Source of the DNA: Antedon mediterranea
Taxonomy: Eukaryota > Animalia > Echinodermata
Direction: 5' to 3'
NCBI RefSeq assembly: GCF_964355755.1
Contig: NC_092670.1
Coordinates: 12,386,795 to 12,450,794 of the forward strand
Length of the DNA stretch: 64,000 bases
Positions within the stretch are counted from its first letter, which is position 1. Each line of letters begins with the position of its first letter. The notes under the pieces are model-generated. The model did not search any database. It worked only from the letters and a program-made list of their open reading frames with translations, and was not told where the DNA came from. Shown here piece by piece: positions 38,401 through 51,800 of the stretch. The position numbers were made by a program, and so were the translations under genes.

Positions 38401-41027
38401 ATTGGAACTGATACCGTTATGATAACAGACGACGTCGATGTTCTTTCCGATTGCATCGTAAATGAAACACCTCAAACAAGGACAGAAGATTATGAAATCC
38501 TGTCGCTTGGAAGCGAAACAACGGCATCAATAGACGACAGTGACACTGTTGCCGTCAATTCAATGCCAACAACACAATTTCATCACGTCATTGACTCGCT
38601 TCCAGAATCTTGGGACGATGATATGAATGGTAAGATATTTTCTTTAAGATACTACTTCTACTACGCAATGATAAACTGTATGATGATATTTATATTTGTT
38701 TTTCCATTTAACAGCTTATGTTGAAGAAAACCTAAGTATAATTGATGCAATAAATGCGTCTCGTAAGACTGCATCAGATGAATCGAACTGGGTAGAGCAG
38801 TTAAAAGAAAAACTTGTGCAATGTGGTTTAAAGTTGTCAACACCGGCAACACCAGGTGATGGAAACTGCCTTTACAATGCCCTCGCATATCAAGCCAATA
38901 CCTTTTTGAAATGGACTGGTGTCACGCACATTGATTTGCGAAATTCGATTGCTGAATTCCTTGAGGCACACAAGACACAGTGGCAGGTGAGTTTCGAATG
39001 CTATGCACAGTCGAGGCGGCTTATCTATTCAAATATTATATACATCTTATCATTTAAATTAAAATGATTTTAATTGCAGGAGAAAGTAACACAAGACATT
39101 TTAGATATGAATTTGACGTGGGATCAGTTCATCCGTAATGTAAAGACGCCTGGTGTCTGGGGTGACCAGATTGTTTTAACAGCGGCTGCTTGGATGTTAC
39201 GGTGCAACATCAAATTAATATCGGCAACATTAACAAGAGAAATATGTCCTCCAAGTAAAACTAATCTACCAACCATTCACTTGGGTTATGTCACAGGTCT
39301 ACATTATACGTCAATAGAACCGATAGGACAACATAACCTGAGGGCTTGTCCACCAAAGGTAGGTACACTACTATGATAAATTTCTGTAGTACCATTAACA
39401 TTAATATAACATTCATACATAGTAAATTGGTCCATTGGATTGAAACATGTTGATAAAATAGCATATGCACGTACAAACATATAAATAGATTGACGAATTT
39501 TGAATGCTGTTGAAATAATAATAACGTTTAATTACAGAAACGGTTTTCAGATAATTGGGTGTGTGGCACAACTATTTCTAGTTGTACCCAGAAAAAGTCA
39601 ACCAGGTAGGTACAGTGTATATTTCTCTTGTACGATTATCATCTCCTTTATTACACTATATTGTAAAATAACAACAATTGATACATTTTTTTTCAGAAAC
39701 CATTCAAAAATAACTGAAGATTACATACTTTCAAAGGTGAGCAGCAACATAATTTCATGTGAATTCATTCAAATTTGTAATGAGAATGATTGAAGATAAA
39801 CAGCATTAATTTATTTATTTCAGTTTGAAATTACAAGAAAAAGAATTCTTGAAATTATGCAAGGAAATGTTACATGTGCAAAGTAAGATACTTTATGTAT
39901 AAACTATGATATATATAGCTGTAAAAAATATTAATAGCAAAATATTACAACAAACATTGCAATTACCACTGTATAATTAATATTTAAACAAAGTTAATGT
40001 AGGTAAATTATTCAGGAATTTGACCTTTATAGAGCTCGACACGACGAATTCCTGGAGAGTCCCCATGAAGTTAAACTTCGAGAAAAAAATATTGCTGGTT
40101 TTGCCGAAGATGTCTTTGAAGATGAGGTAAGTCTATGGAAAATATATAAGTTTTTTTTTTATTGATATACATACTGTACGTGTAAATAAATGATAGGCAT
40201 TATACAATGTTTTGGTTCAATAGTAAAGATCATGTATGTCTTTTTCAGGCATATGATTTTTTGTGTGTGCATCTATTTAAGAAGATGTGTTACAAAACCT
40301 ACACAGATGTAAAGTAAGTAACCACTTTTCCATACTTCAATACAATTAATTAATTCATACATTTTTATTAGTGCACTGTAACAGTGACTTTAATTGAAAA
40401 ATAAAGCTCAGTTGTTGTTAAATGAAAAGTACTATGTGAATGGTTTGCATGTGTTTACTGAGTAGTAATTGCTCTTCTTTTAAGGAAGCCTTATACGTCT
40501 GAAACGTATACAGCAATTTATGGTTTACCAAAAAGTGCAGCATTGTATGAATTCTGCCGGCAGTCAGATACTTTGTGAGTATTGCAATAATATAGTTTTA
40601 AAAATATACATTGTTACCTTCCAACATTCTAAACATATTTATAATAATGTGAAAATAGATCAGTACATTGATTTTTATGTTATAATTCAACAACACATTA
40701 ATAATAATAAACAGGTATAAAATTAAATTCATACAGTAGGTTATATAATAATGATTCCTTTGTGTTTGTGTAGAATTTTAAAAAGTATTTCCATCAGTTA
40801 AAGGTACTGTTCATGAATATATTATTATAATTATGCCTAATCAGCAATTAATTGAAATAAAATACCTTTTTTTCAACAGTAACACATTTAATTATATGAT
40901 GAATGTTGCCTATAAAGAAGCTGCAGTGTATCTTGTGCAAACAAAATTTAACATTAAATATGAAGAAGCCAACAAGCTATGCAAGGCAACAGAAGTTGAC
41001 CGCTCCGGTACACCTGTACGAAGATAA
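32437..41027 (+). CDS. Multi-exon KDZ (Kyakuja-Dileera-Zisupton)/HMGXB3-like transposase with C2H2, SWIM, Cys cluster, SAP and C-terminal OTU protease domain (possibly recently pseudogenised)
   Basis: Exons approx. 32437-32610, 32740-34004, 34160-34299, 34448-34649, 34818-34925, 35792-35988, 36478-36619, 36803-37452, 37654-37724, 37853-37925, 38140-38248, 38396-38629, 38715-38986, 39080-39358, 39538-39605, 39696-39736, 39824-39882, 40033-40126, 40249-40313, 40880-41027. Motifs: WHCKC..SCIHK (SWIM), CVACGIHPPILITDL, NPF..WAPFIG..NTEH, CGVKPTGSKHDMVLRI (SAP), GGWLSASCPH..ESPRD, VCDMP, FDTFH, NSQVAEQLH, and PGDGNCL..WGD..HY (OTU). Confidence 0.8.
34991..35705. mobile_element. Helentron/HINE-like non-autonomous element (intronic), copy 1
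   Basis: SubTIR AGTCGCGTG / CACGCGACT, terminal hairpin AGTCGCGTccACGCGACT-AAAAA, (GACC/GACA)n microsatellites. Near-identical copy at 52087-52813. Confidence 0.8.
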
Positions 41028-43689
41028 AAAAAACAAATGTATTAATATCAACAAGGAACCAGACTACCCAGAAAACACAATATATTGGCTGATACTCTTT
41101 GTAATTGTCCAGTATCTTATTTTTTCGTGCTTTTGTCTTGCTTTTTCCACAACATTTACACATAACAATTCGTAATCAGCATTTAGGTGAAGTTCTGCAC
41201 GCCCAATGAAAAAATGTCAATGAATTATATATAATTATAAATATATCCACTCAAATATCATCCTGAATATATGTTTTATCTTCTATTAATTTTACATTTA
41301 ACTTTTATTTGTAAACTGTGTGTATATTATTATAATTTTATCATCCAAAAGAAATTTAAGAAAATAAGTTTTTTAACTCTCTTTTCAATTACAGACCACA
41401 TTTTAGTGGTCTTTAGTACTAGTAGCTTTGGTCTCTAATCAGAATCAGTCCAACTAAAGGCCGGAACGAAAAGTTTTCTTTAAATTATCCCATTTAAATG
41501 TCTTATCTAATTTTTAATGGCTAATAGTAAAAATGCATTAATTTCGAAAGTTAAGCTGACTTTAATTGGAAGAAAAGTTTGAAGGACAATGTTCAGTTTG
41601 GTCTTGACCCAAACTGTGGCCTTTGGTCTGTAATATGAGGGAGCCTTAAATTTGAGGGATTGATAATGGTATAAAGATAGGCAATCATCTGGGGTCACGA
41701 TACAATTGTTTGATGTTTAATTGTTATGTATATACAGTATTTTAAACAGTATTATGCACATTGTAACTAATGGATATGGATATTGTCATTTATCCAAGTA
41801 GTAATAGTATTATTAAGTTTGGAAAAATAAATCTTGTCAACTGGACTAACTTGTTTGACAGCAACCCTGTCACGGGTCACAGACCAATCGCAAAATGTAC
41901 TCCGTTACTGAAAGTGCAGAAATAATAAATAAATGCTCCAAATAACAATAAATATCGAGAAGTGATAAAAACAGTAAAAATTGTATAAAAATGCTTGGAC
42001 ATTGTATTGTTTATTCGACAGGCGTTTATTCAAATCAAAGCAGGGCGTTTATTTCAATAAACATTTACTTATTTCCTGTTTGAAACTTCCAAAATGCATG
42101 TTTTGATCTGTATTGGATTCAATTCAGAAGAATGTACAAATTTGAATTAACTAAAATTTAATGAAATCTTCTAGAAATTGAATTCAATTACGATACTAAA
42201 TTTTACCAGGAATCGGATGACAAAACAACTTTTTTATAATTCAATCATCAGAAATGAGACCTGCCATTTTATAATAATCTATTTATCTATTAATGCAATT
42301 AGTAAGCTGTCTTTTTATGATCACTTCTCATTTAAAGAATAAGATTTTTAAATACTTATTTAACTTTATTGTATTATTATTTGTTGGGATATGTTATCTT
42401 GTACTTGACCATTTGTTGACTGTTTTATGCATATTGGATAAGAACAATATTGAAAACTAATGAACTAATATTTGTATTCATATTTGTTTACCAACAATGA
42501 AAGATGTGTTGTTGACAAATATTATACTTGATTTGCTTATATGCTTTATTGGTTTAACCATGGAGATTCTGCATGGTTAACTTTCATGTAAATGATAAGA
42601 AATGCTTATTACTATAGGCCTTCAAATTGGAAAAATATTTGAATTCAATTTTGGTTAATTTCATGGAGTACTTACAACTAATTCTGAGTAAAAAGTTCAC
42701 AACAAATTTGTACTGAGCAGCGCTATGTTTATCATGTATGCATTAAAGGTAGAAAGTTAAAATGTTGGTTTAGTAGTTATTGTTATTAAAATTGTAGTTA
42801 ATTCACTTGACAAAAATCATCCCAGTGTGTATATACAACAATTTTGGTATGGCAAAATGTTCGTTATCCTACAAAAGAAAAAAAATCTGCTCTACTTCAT
42901 GATGAAAATCGGATTACTGCCTTTTTTAGATGGCCTAGCCGCCTACCTACTGTAGGCTGTCACCCCATAAACTTTCAGTAGAGCAACTAGTTAGGCTTAG
43001 AAGTAATAATAGAGTACCCTACCTAGACTTGCTCCAAGTCTGTATTGTTTTTTTTAATAATTTATTTGTTTTTATTTCGACCGCGATTTTTGTCTGAAAA
43101 TACAGACTTGTGAAACACGTATAGAAATCGATTTGCAGACCGCAAACAACTGATAAGAATGACGTAGGTTATCATACCGTATTTGGCTATATGGGGCGGG
43201 CGGTATGTAAATATGGATTTCAAATCAACCAATGATCATTTTGTTTCAAAATGAAAAAGATCGAGTACGTACAGTGCTGAATGTACGATCGAGACTGTTG
43301 AAATAATGAAATCGTGTTGCCAAATTGTTTTGTTTATTAATTGTTTAGTCCTTAGCCTAGGCCTCGCACGTATGATCTGCCAAATAAAACGCCAATAAGA
43401 GGTAGGCGCGCCTACATACCACCACCGGCACACAACAGGATTCACACACAACAGACAGGGCTACGACACCACTACACATAACAGGACAGGGTCTAGGTGG
43501 GATTTAAATCAAATTATCTCCGCGTAATATTAAATGATCCATTCAATGTTTGATTTGCGGAGAAGCAAGACAGGTTTTCATGTTCTTGGGGAAAATCCCA
43601 TCAAATGTTTACCAGACTACTACTAGGCATATAAAATCATTTCTAGCCTTCAGAAACTTTCATCAATGTCCCGATCAATGTACCCAAGT

Positions 43690-44528
43690 CAAAGAATATA
43701 TATCACTAGAATGAGTAATCCGCGATTTTCCCTGTAACAGTAATATTGTCCATGTGGTAGGGCGCCGCCATAAGTGTGGATGTATCTGGGATGTATACAA
43801 CTGTTTGTGAAGGTTTCACTAATCAAAGGCTGGACCACCGGTAGTATTTTCGTGATAAAAAATGTTATCAACTACATGCCAACATCATGTTAAATACTAT
43901 TTGGATATTTAATTGTTCGTTTTATGCAATTTATTTAGTAAAAACTGCCGTATAAACAGTTTGCTTTATCAACCGGGCGCTACAATAGCGTGACCGGGCG
44001 TGTTGGTGTTTACGCGTTTTCACGTAGGATAGTTTAATAATATTCCTATATGTAACTTTTTTCTGGTAAAACAAATAAATGTTAATGACATTTAACATTT
44101 TTTCCTATTAATAACATGTATTTTATACTAATTTATATCATAAAAACAATACTTAATTTACCGGGCGTAGAGTAATACACGGGCAATGTGGTAAAGAATA
44201 GGCCGTGCTGAGTAACGATTCGTTGACTTTTGGTGTTGCTGTGTTAGGCCTTTTTTGTGAACTAACTAGCATGTTAGTAAATAATTGTCTGTACAAGTGA
44301 ATGTACACTAGTTTGTTAATAAATATGTATTATAAAATAGTTTACAATTGCAAAACTATTATCATAATTCTATTTAATGTGACATGTATTAATATCTATT
44401 AAATCAAGTCTTATTTAGTATGTATACATCCGCCCTTATGAGGGCGGGCATCACTAACTGGAGCTCTCTGTTACAAATTTCTCATGCAAAAATCGCGGAA
44501 TACTCATTCTTGTGATATATATTCTTTG
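43690..44528. mobile_element. P-element-like MITE (839 bp)
   Basis: 39-bp TIR CAAAGAATATATATCAC(T/A)AGAATGAGTA(A/T)TCCGCGATTT, CA..TG termini, 7-bp TSD CCCAAGT (43683-43689 and 44529-44535). Confidence 0.85.
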
Positions 44529-45795
44529 CCCAAGTACATTGTCTAAACGTAACATAGCGCATGCGTACCATCTTAGTTGTTGAGTCTTTGAAATTCTGAA
44601 ATATGAATATTAAAACAGTGTACGAGTGAGTAGCCAATCGCATGCAGCTGAAACTAGTCAACCGGATAATCTATGCACCAAGAATTCTTGGTGTCAAACC
44701 ACGTGACTTTTGCGTGTTTCCCCAGACGGAGTATCCAAACTCAAGTAATACACGTATGAAACGCCATATGTGCAAAAATGTTTAATTTTTACTAATATTA
44801 AGAAAAAAACTCCGTCTGGAGCCCAGACTATACCCTACCCGCAATAATATAGATTATAGTACATATATAATTAAGTGCATGTCACCTACAGTAGCTTGTG
44901 CCAGGACATCCATCGATTGTAACAAAAAAAACCTCCATCCCACCATGGTTGGGGCTGGGTGGGGTAAGACAAATTTGAAAATACATGGAAAACTACACTT
45001 AAATACATATAAGTAATGTACCATTTAGAGTTATTTTTGAAGAAAAATATTATAGGCCTAGGCCTATAGATTTAGACACAGGCCTACATCCCAATCGATC
45101 CTAAATAGCGGTTTCAAAATTAATGTATAAAACAGTAGCATACATTAAAAATAGACCTACATTTGAAAAAATACCTAGCCTAAGCTAGGTAGGTTAGCTA
45201 AAACTCTGTTGAAGTCATTCAAATAAGGGCGTGTAGAATTATGTTGGATCGTGAATTTGTGTCATATAGCGAAGCACTTACAACAAGGTTGAATCTCCTT
45301 TTTCTCTCTGAGGGGAGGATATTCCATTGCCTGACGTTTGCCAAAGGTCTCTCTAATAACACTGCCCACTCTGCGGACTTGTTACCATCAACTTGTTTCC
45401 AAACAAACGGTAGAAACCTGCAAAACCGTAATAACATTTCATATCTGAAAACCCGCACTAAACAATTTTCCCGTTTTATATTGAACTCATTAACCGCAGG
45501 TTCTCCTCTCAGATTTTTTTTATTTATTCAGTTCTTTCTTTTTTTTACATTTTTTTTAACGTCTCTCTCTGTCTAGCTGTGCATTTAATGAATTTAATTT
45601 GTAACTACAGACAGTAGCAATTTGGCAACGAGATGTTAAATACATATAGATGTTAATGTTATTGAATTGAATAAAAGTGTAATAAGACAGAACCTAATTA
45701 TTTAATATTAATTTCACTTACTTATTAGTCCTAGGCCCTAGCATGTGTGCTTCTGGCACAGATAGGCTAGCTTATTAGCCTAGGCCTCTATTTTC

Positions 45796-47779
45796 GGTGT
45801 CAGATGAAATCGGTCGCGTCTGAAATCGGTCGCGTTTGAAATCGGTCGCGATAAAATCAACTTCCGGCATTTTGTATGGCGCGCCGCTAGAGCTATACGT
45901 TTAATGATATCGGTCGCGTTTGAAATCGGTCGCGCTATTTTGCATGGGACGCACTAGATACATTTTAAATGTAAACGCTAATTATGTTTTTAGTTAATTT
46001 TGAATATAGAATTTCTAATACTATTAACAATTGTTTTACCTCGATCGTTATTATTTTTTTAGTACAGTAAATATAAATATTATCTCATTATTTATAAATA
46101 ATTTGTGTTTTCATTTTATCTTACGTCAGGTGTCAATGAATAATTGTAATGTGTTTAGAAAATCGTTTTAAAAAGTGTTATTGAATATTGTTTAAGTTTT
46201 TGAAAAGATTAACATGCCACTGTTTAAAGTTTTAATAATGTTGAAATAATTTAATATTAAACAATTAGACGCGCCTATTGCGTATTTTTTAATCGCAGTT
46301 AATTACGAAACTAGTTTTATATCTGCAAGTGGATACCAGCTCAATGAGGTTTATGCAATAAAGGAAGATGATGTATGATGATGATTTTTACGTTCGATTT
46401 CCGCCACTCTTACGTGAGCATGGTTTTAGGATAATACTAATAAAATAATATGCCGTTATAAATCAATCTACAGGGCCTATACTATGACTATGCAGTATGC
46501 TGTACAATGATAGGCCTATATGTGATAATAATAATGGATGGATATTAAAAGGTGGGCACGATTCTCAAAGAGGTAATCTTGCACTGATATTTTAAACATT
46601 TAGATGTACGAACGGCGTACGGATGTGAGACACTGAGTGGTACTTATATTATTTACATTAAAGTGATTATTATAAATGAAGAAATATTCAAATTAAAAAC
46701 TATAGTATCGCCGACGTAGGCCTATATACGTAAATTATATACATCGTTTCACCATGGAACTATGTTTCACAAAAACACGTGCAGTGCAGAGGCCTATATA
46801 TAGATGTTTCAAACGTATGGTTAGTAATAGGCCTATACGTCATCTTTACATGGCCATGGACAACGATCGTAGTACGTGTTTTGTCCATGATTTGACACAC
46901 TAGTGCGTGTTTTTTTTAAGGGGAATCCCCGTCAGCAAAATAACGTGCAGTTAACGTCGTCTGCACGATCATAGAAGGCGCATCCACGTTATGGCCTATT
47001 TCGGGGTTTATTTCAGTAACTCGTCTTTTAACGACCCGCATATAATAATCATTTTTACTAGAAACTATTTTAGGCCTAAACATTAGAAATAAAAATATAC
47101 ACGTGATTTTCCTCAACAATTATCATTATAGGCCTCTACTTAATCCTACATAACGTACGGACATAAATAAAATAGAAATTAAAATAAGGTGGTCCAATAT
47201 ATGATATATCTGCCACATTATGCATAAGTATAAAAATGGATACGCTGGCTTTACGGGTTATACATTGTAACGTTTATTGTTTTTAAATAAATTGTTCTCT
47301 TTTACGTAATTGTTTGCATAATACTGTATTACTAAAAGACACAGACGTATATTCTCTATACAGTATAATATATTAATTACAGTACATATAATAAAATAGA
47401 GGTAAATTATTATATGCCTAATAAAATATTTAAACGTGTTTAGAAATGGCCATTTTGAAAAGACACGGTCTTTCTTCGAGACCTGTGAAATAAAAAAAAA
47501 TGATTGATAATAAATATTATTAACCAAAATAAAAAATATCCACATAAATAATCTGGTTCCTAAAAAATATCAATTAAATCTAGACTATATAAACGAAGAA
47601 AATGTAAATCCCGCTAGCATGCATCTCGCTCCATACAAAATAGCGCGACCGATTTCAAGGGCGACCGATTTCAAACGTATAGCTCTAGCGGCGCGCCATA
47701 CAAAATACCGGAAGTTGATTTTATCGCGACCGATTTCAAACGCGACCGATTTCACACGCGACCGATTTCATCGTAAACC
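45796..47779. mobile_element. Non-autonomous TIR transposon, Merlin- or Mutator-like (1984 bp)
   Basis: ~150-bp TIRs built from AAATCGGTCGCG repeats, GG..CC termini, 8-bp TSD CTATTTTC (45788-45795 and 47780-47787). Confidence 0.82.
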
Positions 47780-47787
47780 CTATTTTC

Positions 47788-48105
47788 TAGGCTAGGTAGC
47801 CTAGCTAGGCCTACTAATACTAGGCTAGGCCCTCTAGGCTAGGCTGGAATACTCACTCTATTTAGTAGGCCTAGCCTAGCCTCGGTCCTAGACTACTAAC
47901 TAGCTAGCTAGGCCTATATAGGCCTAGGCGGCGCTACTGCAGTTTCGCACCACACTGTTATATCTTCGATTTCTACTGCAGTAGCGCCGCCTAGGCTAGG
48001 CCTAAAGGCCTAGTAGGCCTACTAGGCCTAGGCCTAGAATAGTAGTAGGGCCTAGCCTAGGCCTAGTACTAGTAGGCTAGCCTCTCCTAGCTAGCCTACT
48101 AGGGT
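47788..48105. repeat. TAGGCCTA/CTAG-rich low-complexity tract
   Basis: Dense taggcc/ctag motifs, including an inverted repeat ctaggcggcgctactgcagt..actgcagtagcgccgcctag. Similar tracts at 6900-7520 and 55130-55220. Confidence 0.7.
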
Positions 48106-49944
48106 ATGTGACCTTCAAATAAAAATCTTTTTTTTTAAACTTATTTACTTACCAGTACTTTACTTAACTAGGCATCAGCAGTGTTACTTACTAAAAAACG
48201 CATTTCAGCGAAAAAATCGTGGATTGTCACTGTGTAGGCCCCTAGACTTTGACGACAAGTGAGTTTGAAACACTAGAGTAACGCCAATTGACGCGAAATG
48301 ACAGTGGATAGCAAACACCCACGAACAGAATGGTACATGCAATACCTCAAGTAAAATGCAATATATGTAGGGCATATCCTCAGCGACGTGCTGCAGCAAA
48401 CTGCCTTTCCTACTTTTTCGAATCTAGAGATTGTTTACGTTGTCAACATGTCGTCATATTGTAGTCGTTTCGTCCCTGAACGTTGTTTGTTAATTTAAAC
48501 TTTAATTTAAACAAAATAAAATAATAGTAAACCTGAAATCATTATTAATATGGAAAAATATACTCACGGACGTAACAGTGTCACGGGCGTAACTTCCTTG
48601 ACATTCACAGTGATTTCGCGGTAAGCTTTCGCTTGCCTGATTTTCCAGCCCTCAATTTTGCATTGGCGCGATAAGGTGAGAGCGGGAGAAAATGTCATCG
48701 CCTGCAAGACTCGCTTATCGCCTGCTTACCGATCTGGTGTGATGTTGGCTTTTCACGGGCGTAACATCAATTTTGACATACGAAGTTAACTTTATCTAAT
48801 AAAGTTATTTAATAATAAAACAACTTGTTGTGGAATAGTTTAGATTATTTACCGAATATAATTCTTGTTAGACAATTATTTTGTCGCATTTTTGTATTAC
48901 TTTTTATTTACTTTGTAGCAATAGTGGTTGTGTGAAATTGGGCTATTTTTTGACATACGACAGTTACGTCCGTTAATGCCATCTTTCAGTAACTTTTTTT
49001 CATTGTTAAATATGTTAGATTTTTTTGGTCTTTTCACATGATTTATTTTCGCTATTATTGTTGAATTATAATCATGAACAAACATTGTGGGTTTGGAGTA
49101 AAAATAAATATATGCCTTGTCCAGTTATAAGTATAAATCAATGTAAGGTTTTTCACAGTGAGAAAGTGACCAGTACTAGTTTGTATTCAAGTAACACAAT
49201 GGGAAAAAAAGTCCTATGGTGTTTATATTGTTTATTTTATATATACATAAATGCCATAATAATAAAAAAAAAAAAAAAATATTCTATCATCATATTTTTT
49301 TAGTGTATTCAGTATATAAAAAATACACCTTTTATGTGTTGGTTTACCGTGAAAGGACTCATATATATTCTTTGCTTATGGTCATACACACCGCGCCATG
49401 GTTTTTTGTTTCGTTTTGGAAAACTATGGGGCGCCTTTTATTCTCGCAGTTTATTATACTAAAGGAAAGAAGCTGTTCACACGGTGGCTTGTAAATTACA
49501 AAAACACCTTTTTAATTTACAGAAATCACGACAAAAACAAGAAAAAACACACAAGCACACACACACTAACAAACAAACCCCCCCAAAACATGATTTCAAT
49601 CTTTTTGGTGAAGTTGTATTATGAACCTAGAACGTTAATTGCACACACTGCTGCTGCGAGATAGCGGGATTCTTCAAGGAGATTTTGTTATTCACAAGTT
49701 TATGTCGCAAATTGTTTTCAATGTCACACATTCTGTTTACTCTGATAAAAAGTGTTATACTGTAATAATACTATGTCGATAAATAACTATATTGCTATAG
49801 ATTTAAAAAGTTATTATGATTTATTGGTGTAGGCTACGCGTGGAGGAGAACAATTATTGAGGCACTCAAAAACTTACAAAACTATAACAATTAGGCCTAT
49901 AGTCCAGGCATAATGGTTCTATTAATATTAAAATTTCCGCAAAA

Positions 49945-50590
49945 AAAGCATCCAAGCTTAATTCCTTCCTTTCACCTCTTGTATAATTCTCTATTTTTAA
50001 AAACAAAGCTATGCTCGTATCCTTCTCCATCTTCCTCCTACTACTAATTTAACTTCTTTCCACTTCACCATTGTTAATACTCTCTCTTCAGATTTCGATA
50101 TCAACTTGGCTGTATTACTTTTAAAGCTCTCCATATTATTCTTGCTCCTCAATCTCCCAGTTATTTGCTAAGATCACATCTAATGGCCGCATGGGCACAC
50201 GGCAGATCACTAACGGTAATCTCCTTATACCCAGACTTTACTTGGAACTTTTCAAACAGTCTTTAAGCTTCAACGCTCCAATTTTTTAAAATTCTCTTCC
50301 TTTTGATATCCGACTTCATCTTACTCTTCCTTCAAATTTTTGCTCAAGAACCATCTTCTTGTTTAGTTGCTTCCTTTTTCCTATCGTTTCTTCTGAGAGG
50401 CCAATTTAATTTAATTTATTTAATTTTTTATTCTAAATTGTTTGTGCTTTATTTTATCTTTTAAATTATATTTATTTTAATTTAATTTTTATTGTTACAT
50501 GTTTATGTCTCTCGTCATGATGTATTTCTGTGAGGGTCCCTAATGATCAGCTTCGGCTGGATGGACCACCCTCGTAAAATATTGTTTAAA
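49945..50590 (+). mobile_element. 3' fragment of a CR1/L2-group LINE
   Basis: Degenerate ORF2 tail (RFRYQLGCITFKALH; GNLLIPRLYLELFKQSLSFNAP..NSLPFDIR), followed by an AT-rich UTR and a terminal stem-loop gagggtcc..cagcttcggctg..ggaccaccctc. Confidence 0.6.
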
Positions 50591-51219
50591 TAATTTTTTT
50601 TTTAATGGATCACCAGTAAGCCCACTAACAAGAGAACCACCGTAAAAAAGTTTGAAACCATTAAATGAAATGGCATGTGTTATACACAGCCAAACAGATC
50701 ATTTATCATTCTTGTACAGGAATTAGATACCGACCTTTAAAAAAAACATTATTCTTACATAACAGTTAAACATCTTATATAATTCTTGTAATCAACTATT
50801 GCTCATAACAAAAATATAGCGTAGTAAAATACATGTTGTGGCTTAGTTTCCATTAAGCTAAGTACCATCACAATACTGTTTTTATTTTATTGTTCGAACG
50901 GTGAATAATAATGTTAACAATTGCTAGTTTTAAAAATGGTATATGTGAGAAGCATTTATGTAGCGGGGTAACTATGTAAGTATAAACTATAGCAATTATT
51001 GTCCAGGCATTTATGGTTACAACTTTGCAAATAAATCACCCTAGAATTTGATCCTCGCACACTATCATGATGATTGGTTGTTATTGAATGAAACAGTACC
51101 TGTCGTCAGATGAAAAATAGCGTATAGTTTGTTTTTTGTGGTGTAATCAACCTAATTTATTCGTTCATCATAATTATTACAAATAAATATTAACATTCTT
51201 TTTTTTTCTCATTTATTAT

Positions 51220-51420
51220 TACTATATTGGTTGGTTTTTTTCTGCCGTTTTTCGTCAGTACAATCGGTACATTCTATACTATTGTAAGTTGTTTGCAAGT
51301 CTGTTCGAAAAAAAAACGTATTGCTGGTCGGATAGCCGGCCCGAAAGATCGTGTTTGTCGATACCTCAGGATGCGACGGTCAGCTACTACTTCAAACGCC
51401 TGCATTTCTTTACATTGAAA
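51220..51420 (+). pseudogene. Decayed signal-peptide/PAN exon of the PAN-Link family
   Basis: FFLPFFVSTIGTFYT..VSCLQVCSKK..PKDRVCR..TPAFLYIE with internal deletions and frameshifts relative to 53982 and 60133. Confidence 0.85.
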
Positions 51421-51800
51421 ATCAAATCAAATCAAATATTCTTTATTCATCAAACATAAAACATTGTGAAATACAACAATATATGAATACATTATATATA
51501 AAGATGAAAAGGAAACACATAAAAACTCAAAAGAGCTTGGAAAGTTGTGTCCTCCTACATCCCTAACTAGCCTAAAAACGAATACTTAAATAATAATAAG
51601 AAGATGAGTGTGAAAGCGTTCAATTATCTTCTAAACTATAATACTTTTTTTTTTAAATATCTGGTGGTTCGGCAGAATAATTTGTAATAGCTCAAAAGGA
51701 AAGTGAAAAAACACACCCGAAAACGTAATATTTAAGTTATTGCCTAGTCGTCTAGTTTCCATTAAGCTAAGCGCTTTACTGTTTTTATTTATTGTTCGAA

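Noticed and set aside
41388-41634. Small element bounded by ATTACAGACCA / TGGTCTGTAAT
   Set aside because: Only an 11-bp inverted match, single copy, no clear TSD.
22980-43500. TIRs/TSD delimiting the KDZ element
   Set aside because: No convincing inverted pair was found by eye, so boundaries are left undefined.
48370-48390. Hammerhead ribozyme core (CTGAGGA on the minus strand)
   Set aside because: Not conserved in the homologous copy, and no correctly placed GAAA or stems.
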